This document shows, one piece after another, positions 25,714 to 35,994 of a stretch of DNA of 38,601 nucleotides (position 1 is the stretch's first letter; each line of letters starts with the position of its first letter). The notes under the pieces are model-generated. The model was given only the letters and a program-made list of their open reading frames with translations, was not told where the DNA came from and did no database searches. Made by a program: the position numbers and the translations under genes. Source of the DNA: a virus; UHGV virus genome UHGV-0307961, one strand, 5' to 3'.

Positions 25714-28700
25714 GTGGCTGACAAAACCGTGACAGTGAAGCTGAACGCCGACACGCACGGCTTCACCGCCGCCATGGCCCGTGCAGCCACCGCCTCCAAG
25801 CAGCTCGGAAGCCAAGTCAAAGCCCACGGAGCCGCCCTCGACCGGATGGCATCCGCATCCACCAAAGCCGGTTTAGCCGTCACAGCCGGGGTTGGAGGGG
25901 CGGTCAAGGCTGCCGTCGACTGGGAATCCGCCTGGACAGGTGTGCAGAAAACCGTCGACGCCTCACCTGCCCAATACGCACGTCTCGAAGGCCAGCTGCG
26001 CTCCCTCGCCAGCGTGCTGCCCGTGTCGCATCAGGAGATCGCCGGGGTCGCCGAGGCGGCAGGCCAGCTTGGTGTCAAGCAGCAGGACATCGCCAAGTTT
26101 ACCTCGACGATGGTCAAACTGGGCACCGCAACCAACATGACATCAGAAGAGGCTGCCACCTCATTGAGGCAGTTCATGAACGTCATGGGCACCGCCCCCA
26201 AGGACGTGGACCGCCTCGCCGCCACCGTCGTCGACCTGGGCAACAACTCTGCCACCACTGAACGTGACATCGTCGAAATGGGTCAGCGGCTCTCCGGCAC
26301 CGGAAAACAGATGCGCATGTCCGAGTCGCAGGTGATGGCGTTCGGTGCCGCCATGGCGTCGGTGGGCATCAACGCTGAGGCGGGCGGCACCGCCATGTCC
26401 CGCAACTGGATCAAAATTGACAGCGCCGTACGCTCCGGTGGGCAAAGCCTGCAAACCATGGCGCAAGTGTCCGGCATGTCGGCAGCCCAATTCAAAAAGG
26501 CATGGCAGACCGACGCCGCCGGGGCAACAAACGCTCTGATCGAAGGTTTAGGTCGGGCCTCTAAATCCGGTCAGGATGTGTCGAAACTCCTCGACCAGAT
26601 GGGCATCAAAGGCCAGTATCAGACCGACGCGATGAAGCGACTCGCCGGTGCCTCTGCCGGGGCTGGTAACGCCCAAGACCAGCTGGCCAGCTCACTTAAG
26701 ACCGCAGGCGAGGGCTGGTCACAAAACGCGGCGTTGGAGGAGGAGTTTGGCCGCCGCCAGCAGACCACTGCATCGCAGATGCAGCTGGCCGTCAACCGCA
26801 TCAAGGATGCCGCTATCAGTCTCGGGCAGGCCGCCCTGCCAGTCCTCGGGCGAGCGGCCCAAAAGGTCTCCGAGTACGCCAACAAGTTCAACGGCCTCTC
26901 GGATCACACGAAGGACATGATCCTCAAAATCGGCGCGTTCGGTGGCGTATCTCTGATCGCCGCAGGTCAGATCGGCAAGGTAGCCCGCGCCGTCAAGGAT
27001 GTTGGTCTAGCATTCAAGGCCGTGCGCGGCGTCGCCGGAATTGCCGGAGCATTCACTGGCATCGGCGGGGCCGCCACCAAGGCCGCAGGCGCCACCGAAG
27101 GAGCCGGTAAAGCCATGTCTGGCGTCGGCGGGGCCACCGCAGGGTTGTCGGGAAAGCTGTTCGGCGTGGCCGCCGGGCTGGGAGCCCTCGCCATCGCCTG
27201 GGGACATCAGGACAGCGCCAACCATGCCGCCGACATCGACAGGCAGCTCGGCTCGGTGGCCGACTGGGCCAACCAGGCCAGCATCGGCATCGTTGACCTC
27301 GACGCCAAACTCAAGCAGGTCAACGACGGCGGATTCGGGCCGCTGCGTGAAAACCTCAACGGGCTCGGAGACGCCCTCAACCGCGCCACCGGCGAGAACC
27401 TGAGCTTCCTCGAACGCCAAGAGGGGCGGTTCGCCTCCCTGGTTGGGTCCGCCGCAGACCTGTCGCAGCAGTCCAAGGCGCAGCTCGGGAAATTCGACGA
27501 GGCTCTGTCGGGGCTCGCCGGGTCGCACGCCTGGGGAGACCTGCAGCGCAACTGGGAGCAAATCGCCGATGCGGCCAAGGCCAACCACATCAGTGACGAC
27601 AAGCTCATGTCGCTGTTCCCGAAGCTCCAGGAGGGTCTGTCTGCGACAGCCCACCAGCTCGGCGTCACCGGGCTGTCCGCCAAGGATTACGCGGGCTGGC
27701 TGCGTGGCGAGGTGCCGTCGGCAGTCAACCGTGCCGCCGTCGCCAACGAGAAGCTGGCGAAATCGCTGGGGATCGTCCCAGACAAGAAGCGCGTTCAGGT
27801 GGAGACCATCATCAAGGGCGGCACCCACGCCCAGGTGATGCAGCTCAACGCCGAGCTCGCCAAGGTCCCACCCAAGAAGCAGTCCCAAGTCCTCGCCACC
27901 GCGAAAACCAAGGGATTTAAGGCGGCGATGGCCCAGGCCAAGGACTTCGAGAAGCAGGCGAAGGGACTCCAGGAAACCACCAAGCACGGCGTGACGGTGG
28001 AGATCAAGGGCAACACCGACCCCGGCAAGGTCCACGCCCTCCGTGAGCAGCTGGAAGGGCTCTCTAAGGCGGCCGCTCAAAAGGTGTCCATCACCGCCAA
28101 GACTCAAGGGTTGGATGCGGCCAAGAAGCAGCTGCAGCAATTTCAGAACACCGTCTCCACGACGGTGACCAAGCAGGGCATCACCCTCAAGGTCAAGGCC
28201 ACCGCTACCGCAGACCTCGACCGGCTGCGCGCCAAGATGGAGAAGCTGCCCAAGGATAAGCAGATCAAGGTGGCTGCCACTGCCAAGGCCGACGGGTTTA
28301 ACGCAGCCATTTCCCGGGCCAACGCCTTCAAAGCGGAAATGGATGGCATCATCCAGCACACCAAGGCTGGTGTACGTGTCCGCATCAAGGGCGAAACTGA
28401 TTCCAAGGCCGTCGACACCCTCAAAACCGACCTCGAAACGCTCCCCAAAGAGCAGCAGGTCAAGGTAGCTGCCACCGCCGAGTCCAAAGGATTCGACGCC
28501 GCATCCAAGCAGCTGCAAGACCTGCGCACGCAAACCTGGTCGATGTACTCCAGTCCGCCGATTGTGGTCAAAGCGACCATGCAGGACGGTGCCTCCCGTA
28601 GCCTCAAAATCCTGAGCGAAGAAGCAACCAGCGTCAACGGGAAAAAGGTTCTCGTCACCGCGTCGGCTCCCGGAGCCTATGGCGCCACCGTCCAAATCGA

Positions 28701-30336
28701 CGGCCTCAAATACAAGGTCGACAAGCTTGATGGCAAAAACGTCCTCATCCCGCTGGGGTTGAAGAACACCAACGGCACTCTCTCTGGGCTGCAAAAGGTC
28801 GACACAAAGGCCAAGAAGGTCAACGGACGCAAAGCTAATGTCAAGGTTGGCGCACCCGGGTCCGGTAACGCCTTTAATAACCTTCTCAAGGTGTCGGGTG
28901 CGGCCAATCAACTCGGCAAGAAGCGCCCCAAAGTCAAGCCGTCAGCACCAACCGCCGCCAAGACCAGCAGTCAGCTCGCCAAGGTCGGATCGACCGCCGA
29001 CAACGTGGGGCGCAAACGTCCTCGCGTCACCACATCCGCGCCAGGGGCCACCAGGGCGAATGGCCAGATCAAAAACCTAGGAAGCACAGCAAGCCGCGTC
29101 AACGGCAAGCGCGTGAGCGTATCCGCCCACGCCAACACCAGTGGGGCACGCTCGGCCCTCCAGGCCCTCACCAGGCCGCTGTTCACGACAGTGACAGCCA
29201 CTGTGCACACCGTGGGAAGCGCCCTCAAGGGAGTGTTCCACGCCAACGGCGGCCTCTACGAGCGCCATGATGCCCAAATCGCTAAGGCTGGCACCTGGCG
29301 TGTTTGGGCAGAGCCCGAAACAGAAGGTGAAGCCTACATCCCCTTCGCTCGATCCAAGCGGGGCCGCTCCCGCGAAATCGCGACACAAACCGTTCAGCGT
29401 CTCGGCGGGGCTGTGCAATGGTTCGCCAACGGCGGCATCAGCGGTGGCCAGGCACGCACCATCCTCAATATCGAGGCCCGCCCCACAGGTGAGCTCGTCG
29501 ACTACATTCAGGCGGTCCAGGACGCCGCCAACGCCACTAGGGCACGCGAGCGCGCCTCTCGTGCCTGGTGGAACGCACGCCGCCGCCACTCCAAGAACGA
29601 AAAGAAACTCGGCGACGCCCTCAATGCCGCCAAGGACAAGGAGAAAGAGGCCACCGACAAGGCACGCCAAGCCCAGGAGGCACTGGCCCGTGCAGCGGAG
29701 CAGGCGGGCGCGTCCATGGCGAAGGACTACCGGGTCGGCGGGTCCTGGCAGGACTGGGCGGCCTCCATGCGCCAAGGCGTCGAAGAGCTCGACCTGTTCC
29801 GGTGGAGGCTCGCCAGGCTGCGCAACCTCGGCCTGTCCCAGGACAACATCGACACCATCACCGCTATGGGGCCGAGCGGCCTTCAGCTGGCAGGCGACGT
29901 GCTTGCAGGCGGGAAGAAGGCCGTCAACAGCCTCAACTCTGCCTCCAACTCCCTCAAACGCGTCTCTGACCGGCTGGGGCTCGTGTCGGCCACTCGCTTC
30001 GCTGATGGAGGCTTCTCCAGCGGCTCCGGGCTGCGCATCTGGGGCGAGCCGGAAACCGGAGGCGAGGCATACATCCCGCTGTCGCCCTCCAAGCGGTCGC
30101 AGTCTATCCAGCTGTGGCAGGAGACGGGCCGACGCCTCGGCACGCTGCCAGCCCAGGGATCGTCGCGCCCCATCACCCCGCCGGGAGCCAACCAGCCCGG
30201 CTACGGCGCTGGCGGCCTCGACCTGTCCGGGGTACACATCACCCTGTCCGTGCCGGGGCTCGCCAACGCGGTGGACGCCAAGATCATCGCCGCCAACCGC
30301 TCCACGGCACGCAATCTCGTCAGGAGCACACGATGA
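25714..30336 (+). CDS. Tail tape measure protein
   Basis: 1540 aa and Ala/Gly/Lys-rich. Internal ~70-aa tandem repeats (LPKDKQIKVAATAKADGF... / LPKEQQVKVAATAESKGF...). Duplicated C-terminal W(A)EPETxGEAYIP motifs. GAAGGAG RBS with a GTG start. Confidence 0.85.
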   Translation: MADKTVTVKLNADTHGFTAAMARAATASKQLGSQVKAHGAALDRMASASTKAGLAVTAGVGGAVKAAVDWESAWTGVQKTVDASPAQYARLEGQLRSLASVLPVSHQEIAGVAEAAGQLGVKQQDIAKFTSTMVKLGTATNMTSEEAATSLRQFMNVMGTAPKDVDRLAATVVDLGNNSATTERDIVEMGQRLSGTGKQMRMSESQVMAFGAAMASVGINAEAGGTAMSRNWIKIDSAVRSGGQSLQTMAQVSGMSAAQFKKAWQTDAAGATNALIEGLGRASKSGQDVSKLLDQMGIKGQYQTDAMKRLAGASAGAGNAQDQLASSLKTAGEGWSQNAALEEEFGRRQQTTASQMQLAVNRIKDAAISLGQAALPVLGRAAQKVSEYANKFNGLSDHTKDMILKIGAFGGVSLIAAGQIGKVARAVKDVGLAFKAVRGVAGIAGAFTGIGGAATKAAGATEGAGKAMSGVGGATAGLSGKLFGVAAGLGALAIAWGHQDSANHAADIDRQLGSVADWANQASIGIVDLDAKLKQVNDGGFGPLRENLNGLGDALNRATGENLSFLERQEGRFASLVGSAADLSQQSKAQLGKFDEALSGLAGSHAWGDLQRNWEQIADAAKANHISDDKLMSLFPKLQEGLSATAHQLGVTGLSAKDYAGWLRGEVPSAVNRAAVANEKLAKSLGIVPDKKRVQVETIIKGGTHAQVMQLNAELAKVPPKKQSQVLATAKTKGFKAAMAQAKDFEKQAKGLQETTKHGVTVEIKGNTDPGKVHALREQLEGLSKAAAQKVSITAKTQGLDAAKKQLQQFQNTVSTTVTKQGITLKVKATATADLDRLRAKMEKLPKDKQIKVAATAKADGFNAAISRANAFKAEMDGIIQHTKAGVRVRIKGETDSKAVDTLKTDLETLPKEQQVKVAATAESKGFDAASKQLQDLRTQTWSMYSSPPIVVKATMQDGASRSLKILSEEATSVNGKKVLVTASAPGAYGATVQIDGLKYKVDKLDGKNVLIPLGLKNTNGTLSGLQKVDTKAKKVNGRKANVKVGAPGSGNAFNNLLKVSGAANQLGKKRPKVKPSAPTAAKTSSQLAKVGSTADNVGRKRPRVTTSAPGATRANGQIKNLGSTASRVNGKRVSVSAHANTSGARSALQALTRPLFTTVTATVHTVGSALKGVFHANGGLYERHDAQIAKAGTWRVWAEPETEGEAYIPFARSKRGRSREIATQTVQRLGGAVQWFANGGISGGQARTILNIEARPTGELVDYIQAVQDAANATRARERASRAWWNARRRHSKNEKKLGDALNAAKDKEKEATDKARQAQEALARAAEQAGASMAKDYRVGGSWQDWAASMRQGVEELDLFRWRLARLRNLGLSQDNIDTITAMGPSGLQLAGDVLAGGKKAVNSLNSASNSLKRVSDRLGLVSATRFADGGFSSGSGLRIWGEPETGGEAYIPLSPSKRSQSIQLWQETGRRLGTLPAQGSSRPITPPGANQPGYGAGGLDLSGVHITLSVPGLANAVDAKIIAANRSTARNLVRSTR

Positions 30337-31157
30337 GCATGACCATCACCGCCACCTGGGCCGACAATCCACCCCACATGGTCATCAAGGTTAGCGATAC
30401 CCCATCCGGCACCGAGCGGATGAGCGTCAGTCGGATTGTGGGGTCTAGTGAGACCCCCGTGCGTGGCGCGGAAAATGTCATCATCTCCGGAAATCAGGGG
30501 CTCGTCGTCGACTGGGACGCCCCTCTCGGCGCAAACGTCACATACCGGGCACTCGCCATGAAATCCAACGGAGGCCATCTAGAGAACCGGGTAGCGTCCT
30601 TCCAGACAGGCACCATCGACTGTGACACCTGCTGGATATCCAACCCCCTCGACCCGGCAAGTGCCCTCCACGTCGACCTCATGGCAGGCTCCGACGACGA
30701 GGTGAGCTTCGATCAGAGCGTCACCCTCTCCACGCCAGGATGGACCACCAACCTGCCCTCGGCGGTCGTCGGAGTCCGCCAGCTCGGCGGCAAGCGAACC
30801 CTCGTCATACGCCTGCCCGACCTTGACACCGCCCAGCAATTCGAGGACCTGCTGCGCCGATCCATCACCGTGCTCGTCCGCGCCCCAGCCATCCGGCACC
30901 GTACCGGCCTGCTGTACATGACCGTCGCCGAGGCGGTGGAGCGACGCGAGCGCGACTTCGCCGACAACCCCGGCCACACCGAGACAACCTGGACCATCAC
31001 CGGCGACGAGGTCGATCCAGGCGTGCTGCCTGTCATCGTCGCCCCGTGGACCTATCAGGGCCTCGCCGACTATGCGCGAGCCCAGGGCGTCACCATCTAT
31101 GCCGGGCTGCCGTCACTGTGGACAACCTACCTGGACGCACAGCGGGGTATTTTCTGA
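30333..31157 (+). CDS. Distal tail protein (Dit-like) / minor tail protein
   Basis: Directly after the TMP, with an ATGA overlap. Confidence 0.5.
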   Translation: MSMTITATWADNPPHMVIKVSDTPSGTERMSVSRIVGSSETPVRGAENVIISGNQGLVVDWDAPLGANVTYRALAMKSNGGHLENRVASFQTGTIDCDTCWISNPLDPASALHVDLMAGSDDEVSFDQSVTLSTPGWTTNLPSAVVGVRQLGGKRTLVIRLPDLDTAQQFEDLLRRSITVLVRAPAIRHRTGLLYMTVAEAVERRERDFADNPGHTETTWTITGDEVDPGVLPVIVAPWTYQGLADYARAQGVTIYAGLPSLWTTYLDAQRGIF

Positions 31158-32287
31158 TGGGATACCCAGTATCGTCACTGTGGAATGACGCCCTGTCATC
31201 ACCCCACCAGCTCCTCTGGCTGGCAACCGCCGTGCGCGGCGGTAAGGTCCTCGCCTCGGACATCCAGGTCGACTCGCTGACGCTCTCGGCGTCATGGGAT
31301 GGCCAGCAGATCACCCGCGAGGTCAAGGCCACCATCTCCGACCCCGACTCGAGCCTCTTCACCCCGGACCCGCTCTCCCCGCTGGCTCCGTGGGGGCAGC
31401 AGCTCATCGTCAGGGCGATGCTCACAGTCGGCGACGCATGGCGGCAAATCATCCCCATCGGCGTTTTTCGCATCGAGGATTCTGGCCCCGACGGGTCGTC
31501 GGCCATGGTGCTACAGTCCAACGGCCAGTGGTGGACCGGTGGGCAGACTCTCCAGCCCACCGCCCGCGACATGCTACAACAGCTCGCCGACGAGAAATGG
31601 ACCAACTGGGTGCAGCCTCACGCCCAGACGGTCCGCGACGCCTGGGCGCGCATCGTCAAAGGTGTTGACATTCGGCTCGGTCGCTGGTCAGCCACCACCC
31701 CAGTCCCCTCAGACATGGAGTGGGGGTCCACCAAGCTCGATGCCGCCCTCCAGCTGGCAGCCATTGATGGGCGCACCATCTGGTGCGACCGCTCCGGTCT
31801 CCTCCAGCTCATCTCGTCCACTGCTGGCACAGGCACTACCTGGACATACCGGGTGGGTACTGATGTGGCCGTCTCCTGGACCCCCGAAGCCTCCCGCACC
31901 GGCCTCGTCAACGGGGCAGCCGTCAAAGCCGAAACCGACACCGGAAACCGATTCGAAATCTGGGGCGCCGCCTACGACCGCTCCGGGCCGCTGGCATGGG
32001 GAGGACCCTTTGGTCGCATCCCCGACATCTCGACCTCCAAGATGGTGCACTCCACCCAATTCGCCAACACTGCCGCCGCCAAAAAACTCGACGCTTTGCG
32101 CGGCTCCCGCATGGCCAACATCACCATCGAGGCCCCCGCAAACCCCGCCATCGATGTCCTTGACACGGCATCCGTCACGCTACCCGGCGGTGACGCCATG
32201 TCCGGCCTCATCACCAAGGTCGACATCGACAACGGCACGATGAAACTCACCGTCCAGGTTCCATGGCAGAAGGTGTGGCATGGCTGA
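31157..32287 (+). CDS. Minor tail protein (Tal-like or baseplate)
   Basis: 376 aa, coupled to its neighbours (TGATG). Confidence 0.45.
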   Translation: MGYPVSSLWNDALSSPHQLLWLATAVRGGKVLASDIQVDSLTLSASWDGQQITREVKATISDPDSSLFTPDPLSPLAPWGQQLIVRAMLTVGDAWRQIIPIGVFRIEDSGPDGSSAMVLQSNGQWWTGGQTLQPTARDMLQQLADEKWTNWVQPHAQTVRDAWARIVKGVDIRLGRWSATTPVPSDMEWGSTKLDAALQLAAIDGRTIWCDRSGLLQLISSTAGTGTTWTYRVGTDVAVSWTPEASRTGLVNGAAVKAETDTGNRFEIWGAAYDRSGPLAWGGPFGRIPDISTSKMVHSTQFANTAAAKKLDALRGSRMANITIEAPANPAIDVLDTASVTLPGGDAMSGLITKVDIDNGTMKLTVQVPWQKVWHG

Positions 32288-33272
32288 TATTTTCACCGAC
32301 ATTGTTGCTGTACGCCCCGACGAGATGCCACGAACCGGCATCGTGTCAGGAAATCACGCTGGCCCCGGCATCATGTCGGTCATCGTCAACGGCTCACAGC
32401 TCGACGCCGTCAACGAGATGGCGGGATGGTGGCACCAGGATGGCGATATCGTTATCGTCGAGCCGTCGCCTGTCGGCCCCATCCGGGTTGTCCGGTCACT
32501 GGCCTACCGGCCAACCTTCGGAACGCTCGTGAGCCTCAATATGGCCAACGCGAACGACATCCGAGATGTCACAGTGCAGGCCACTCACCCCACCCTCGGA
32601 CGCTGCACCTTCACTGCCCTCCCGGGGTCGGGGCATCTGGCTGCTGGCAGTGCCGTCTCCATCGAGTGGACCATCGACGGGGCCGTCGCCAACGGCACTC
32701 GGGGCTGGACACGCAAGCTACCCCCTGATATCGCGTGGAAAGTCCAGCCCGACAGCCCGATGCAGGCCACCACGGCCCTCCCGGACGTCCTCACTCCACC
32801 AGACGACCCCATCACCGTCACGCTGCAGGCCGTCGACTCCGGCACATGGGATGGCAGCTGGTCCGCCGACGACACCCTCATCCAGGGGTCCATGACCGGC
32901 ACAGGGGCGACACTGGCCTGCTGGCTCTACGACGCCCACATCGACGCGGTATCAAGCTGGCCAGCCACCTCAGCGAGAATCACCATCACTCGCGGCGACA
33001 AGGGCGAAACCCCCGCAACCATCCACCTCGTGGGACACACGGCATCCACGCGCTCCGACACGCCATCCCTCATTGGTGACCCCGTCGACGCTGGCGTGTG
33101 GCTGCCCGGAGAAACCCGCACCATCCCCCTACCCGCCACCATCACCCAGCAGCTCCTCACCGGAGCAGCGCAAGGGGTCGGGGTCACCGCCACAGGGGCC
33201 ACCGACATCGCCTCCCTCGTCGGGGCAGGTAGCGACGTGAACTCAGGACGAATCACGATGACAAGGAGCTGA
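32280..33272 (+). CDS. Minor tail protein
   Basis: 330 aa and Thr/Gly-rich. Confidence 0.45.
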   Translation: MADIFTDIVAVRPDEMPRTGIVSGNHAGPGIMSVIVNGSQLDAVNEMAGWWHQDGDIVIVEPSPVGPIRVVRSLAYRPTFGTLVSLNMANANDIRDVTVQATHPTLGRCTFTALPGSGHLAAGSAVSIEWTIDGAVANGTRGWTRKLPPDIAWKVQPDSPMQATTALPDVLTPPDDPITVTLQAVDSGTWDGSWSADDTLIQGSMTGTGATLACWLYDAHIDAVSSWPATSARITITRGDKGETPATIHLVGHTASTRSDTPSLIGDPVDAGVWLPGETRTIPLPATITQQLLTGAAQGVGVTATGATDIASLVGAGSDVNSGRITMTRS

Positions 33273-33273
33273 C

Positions 33274-33705
33274 ATGGCTGGATCGACCGTCAACCGCCAC
33301 TATCCGTTTCCCACCACCGGCGACCCGGTAGACATCCCTGGCGACGTCAAAAAGCTGGCAACCGCGATAGACACCGACGTAGCCGTCATCAAGCAGACTT
33401 CCGATGACGCTAAGGCCGCCACTGACGGCCTGGGGTTCCGATTATTCGAGGCCGGATCAATGGATATCCGCCCCAGCGGCTCGCATGCGTACACATACCA
33501 GATATCCTTCCGTCGCACCTACTCGTCGCCGCCGTCTGTGGTGGTCTCTCGCGCCGACCCTCTCCCCGGCGGCTCCGCCCCCTGGGCTGTCGCCGCGGGC
33601 AAGGTCACGACCACCGGATTCACTCTCGTCGCCTACACCGTAGACAGCTCAAGGGGCGCTCCCAGCGCGCCCATCACGGCCGCGTGGCAGGTATTTGGGA
33701 GGTGA
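33274..33705 (+). CDS. Minor tail protein
   Basis: 143 aa. Confidence 0.4.
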   Translation: MAGSTVNRHYPFPTTGDPVDIPGDVKKLATAIDTDVAVIKQTSDDAKAATDGLGFRLFEAGSMDIRPSGSHAYTYQISFRRTYSSPPSVVVSRADPLPGGSAPWAVAAGKVTTTGFTLVAYTVDSSRGAPSAPITAAWQVFGR

Positions 33706-33706
33706 C

Positions 33707-34144
33707 ATGCGACACGACGTGCGCCAGCTTCTCGCTCACCTGCGCCATCGTCCGCACTTGGTCGTGCGCATCACAGTCCTGCTGGCGTGGACGCACGTGC
33801 TCATGCTGAGCCTGCACCTGGCCGACCGGGCCGCACCGGCGATCCTGCCGATCCACGGGCTGTCACAGCCAGTCGCCCTGGTCGACGACTGGTGGTGGGT
33901 GAGCGTCCACGGGGCCGCAGCCGTCATCCTCGCCATTGCGGCTGTCCGCCCGTCGCATCTATGGGGGATCGCCGGGGCCAGCCTCAGCGCCGCCGCATGG
34001 GCGGTGTGGTCCGCCCTCGACCTGGCATGGTCGGTCGACACGAGACCGCCCGCCTCGCTCGTCGCCCCCATGCTCGGCCTGCTCGTGTGCACACCGCTGG
34101 CACTGCTGACCGCCGCCGCATGGAGCGAGCACGACCTAACTTAA
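33707..34144 (+). CDS. Integral membrane protein (about 4 TM helices)
   Basis: GGGAGG RBS. Hydrophobic segments include VVRITVLLAWTHVLMLSL, AVILAIAAV, AGASLSAAAWAVWSAL and LLVCTPLALLTAAAW. Confidence 0.45.
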   Translation: MRHDVRQLLAHLRHRPHLVVRITVLLAWTHVLMLSLHLADRAAPAILPIHGLSQPVALVDDWWWVSVHGAAAVILAIAAVRPSHLWGIAGASLSAAAWAVWSALDLAWSVDTRPPASLVAPMLGLLVCTPLALLTAAAWSEHDLT

Positions 34145-34154
34145 GGAGGCCGCC

Positions 34155-34409
34155 ATGGGAGGGCTGGCCTCCACGATCGTCACCGGGATCGCGACAGTCC
34201 TGGCAGCCCTGCTCACGGCACTGCCAGCACTGACGCACAGGTCCCGCAAAATCCAGCGCCACCAGGCCGCCCAGATCGACGCACTTGAGGAGTGGGCCTA
34301 TGAGGCCCGCCGCGCTACACGCCGCTACAACGCGACCCTACCGGGCACCGTAGCCCCGATGTCCCTGCCAGACCTGCCAGATTGGATGACCAATGCCGCC
34401 GACGAATGA
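34155..34409 (+). CDS. Small membrane protein with an N-terminal TM helix
   Basis: LASTIVTGIATVLAALLTALPAL. AAGGAGG RBS. Confidence 0.4.
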   Translation: MGGLASTIVTGIATVLAALLTALPALTHRSRKIQRHQAAQIDALEEWAYEARRATRRYNATLPGTVAPMSLPDLPDWMTNAADE

Positions 34410-35139
34410 ACTCGAAACGGAGCGCCGCCAGCGCCAATCATCGGAGCGTCTCAACGTGTGGCAGGCAGCCATGCTGGCGCTCCTCGTGGTCGTGGTGGCC
34501 GCGCTGACGGGCTGGGCCGGGCACATCCAGGGCCAGCGTGACGCCGCCGGATCGCAGGCTGCCAGCAACGCGGACGCCGCGAAATCGTTGGCCGGGCGCG
34601 TCAAGGCCGCGTGCGCGACCAGCACCGATGAGGGCCGGTCACTGCGACAGGCGGGCCTGTGCGATGAGGCCAGCCGCGTCGAATCGCGGGTCCGTGGCGG
34701 CCCTGCACCCACCGGCCAGGCAGTGCCTGGGCCTGCCGGGCCGGTGGGTGCCTCGGGACAGCCTGGCCGCAGCGTGACCGGGCCTGCCGGAAGACCCGGA
34801 CGTGATGCCACCGGGAAGGCTGGCGCCGCTGGCAGACCTGGGAAGGATGCCACGGGCGCGCCCGGCGAGGACGCTACCGGCCAGGCCGGTGCTGATTCTA
34901 CGGTCCCGGGTCCGAAGGGCGATAAAGGAGACCCAGGCCGACCGGGTCGAGATGCCACGGGAGCCCCGGGCAAGGACGGGGCCGACGGTAAGGCCGGTCG
35001 CAGCCTCGCCTCCCTCGCCTGCGACGGCGGACACCTCGTCGCCACCTTCACCGACGGCACCACATCGACCGTCGCCGGGGCCACCGTATGCACCACACCA
35101 GAGCCCACCCCTATCCCGACCGCCACACCGACACCCTGA
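34393..35139 (+). CDS. Collagen-like repeat protein with an N-terminal TM/signal segment. Probable tail fibre.
   Basis: Gly-X-Y repeats GPAGPVGASGQPGRSVTGPAGRPGRDATGKAGAAGRPGKDATGAPG... Its position before the lysis cassette resembles the collagen-like gp19 of Cutibacterium phages. Confidence 0.55.
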   Translation: MPPTNELETERRQRQSSERLNVWQAAMLALLVVVVAALTGWAGHIQGQRDAAGSQAASNADAAKSLAGRVKAACATSTDEGRSLRQAGLCDEASRVESRVRGGPAPTGQAVPGPAGPVGASGQPGRSVTGPAGRPGRDATGKAGAAGRPGKDATGAPGEDATGQAGADSTVPGPKGDKGDPGRPGRDATGAPGKDGADGKAGRSLASLACDGGHLVATFTDGTTSTVAGATVCTTPEPTPIPTATPTP

Positions 35140-35148
35140 GAGGACACC

Positions 35149-35994
35149 ATGACATTCATCCAGGCCCGCCACCACGGCGGCAACTCCAACAACCCGGTCA
35201 CCCGGCTCGTCATCCACGCCACGTGCCCCGACGTGGGCTACCCGTCGGCATCGAAGGCCGGTAGGGCAGTCTCCACGGCACAGTATTTCGCGTCCACGTC
35301 GCGGTCTGCCTCGGCTCACTACGTGTGTGACGTCGTGACCACGGTGCAGTGCCTCTCCGAGGAAACCATCGGCTACCACGCGCCGCCCAATGCCCATTCC
35401 ATCGGCATCGAGATCTGCTCCGACGGCGGGTCCCGCGCCTCATTTGAGAAGGCGTCTCACGCGTACAGTCGCGAGCAATGGCTCTCGCCTCAAGTGTGGC
35501 CCGCCGTGGAGCGTGCCGCCATTCTCGCCCGCGACATCTGCCGACGCCACCACATCCCGGTTCGCAAACTCACCACCGCACAGGTGAAAGCCGGAATGTC
35601 GGGTATTTGCGGCCACGACAATGTGTCCGACGCTTTCCGCCAGTCCGACCACGACGACCCAGGCCCCTACTTCCCGTGGAATGAATTTATCGCCGCCGTC
35701 CAAGGAAAAACCACCAACAAGAGAGAACTCAGCATGTCCGACGTCAACACCCTGACCAAGCTCATCAAGGCCTCAAACGACCAGCTCCACTACGACATCG
35801 GTGTCGTCCAGACGCAGAACGGCACCCTCAAAAGCAAGATCGACAATTTGTCGTGGGTGAAGAATCCTGTCACCGGCAAGAAGTGGTCCACCAAGGATGC
35901 GCTGTGGTCTGTCTGGTACTACGTGCTGGAATGCCGCAACCGCATCATGGGTATCGAAAACCGCCTGTCTGAGGTCGAGAAGAAGGTGAAGTGA
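35149..35994 (+). CDS. N-acetylmuramoyl-L-alanine amidase endolysin (Amidase_2/PGRP fold) with a C-terminal binding domain
   Basis: LVIHATCP...SAHYVCD...YHAPPNAHSIGIEICS...ICGHDNVSDAF. Confidence 0.7.
   Translation: MTFIQARHHGGNSNNPVTRLVIHATCPDVGYPSASKAGRAVSTAQYFASTSRSASAHYVCDVVTTVQCLSEETIGYHAPPNAHSIGIEICSDGGSRASFEKASHAYSREQWLSPQVWPAVERAAILARDICRRHHIPVRKLTTAQVKAGMSGICGHDNVSDAFRQSDHDDPGPYFPWNEFIAAVQGKTTNKRELSMSDVNTLTKLIKASNDQLHYDIGVVQTQNGTLKSKIDNLSWVKNPVTGKKWSTKDALWSVWYYVLECRNRIMGIENRLSEVEKKVK

Noticed and set aside
27007-28911. 634-aa minus-strand ORF inside the tape measure gene
   Set aside because: It is antisense to the TMP and has a low-complexity Gly/Leu/Val composition. It is a GC-skew artefact.
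29077-30394. Overlapping minus-strand 386-aa ORF and plus-strand 375-aa ORF in the TMP C-terminal region
   Set aside because: These are alternative frames of the TMP gene and Pro/Arg/Ser-rich. There is no independent support for either.
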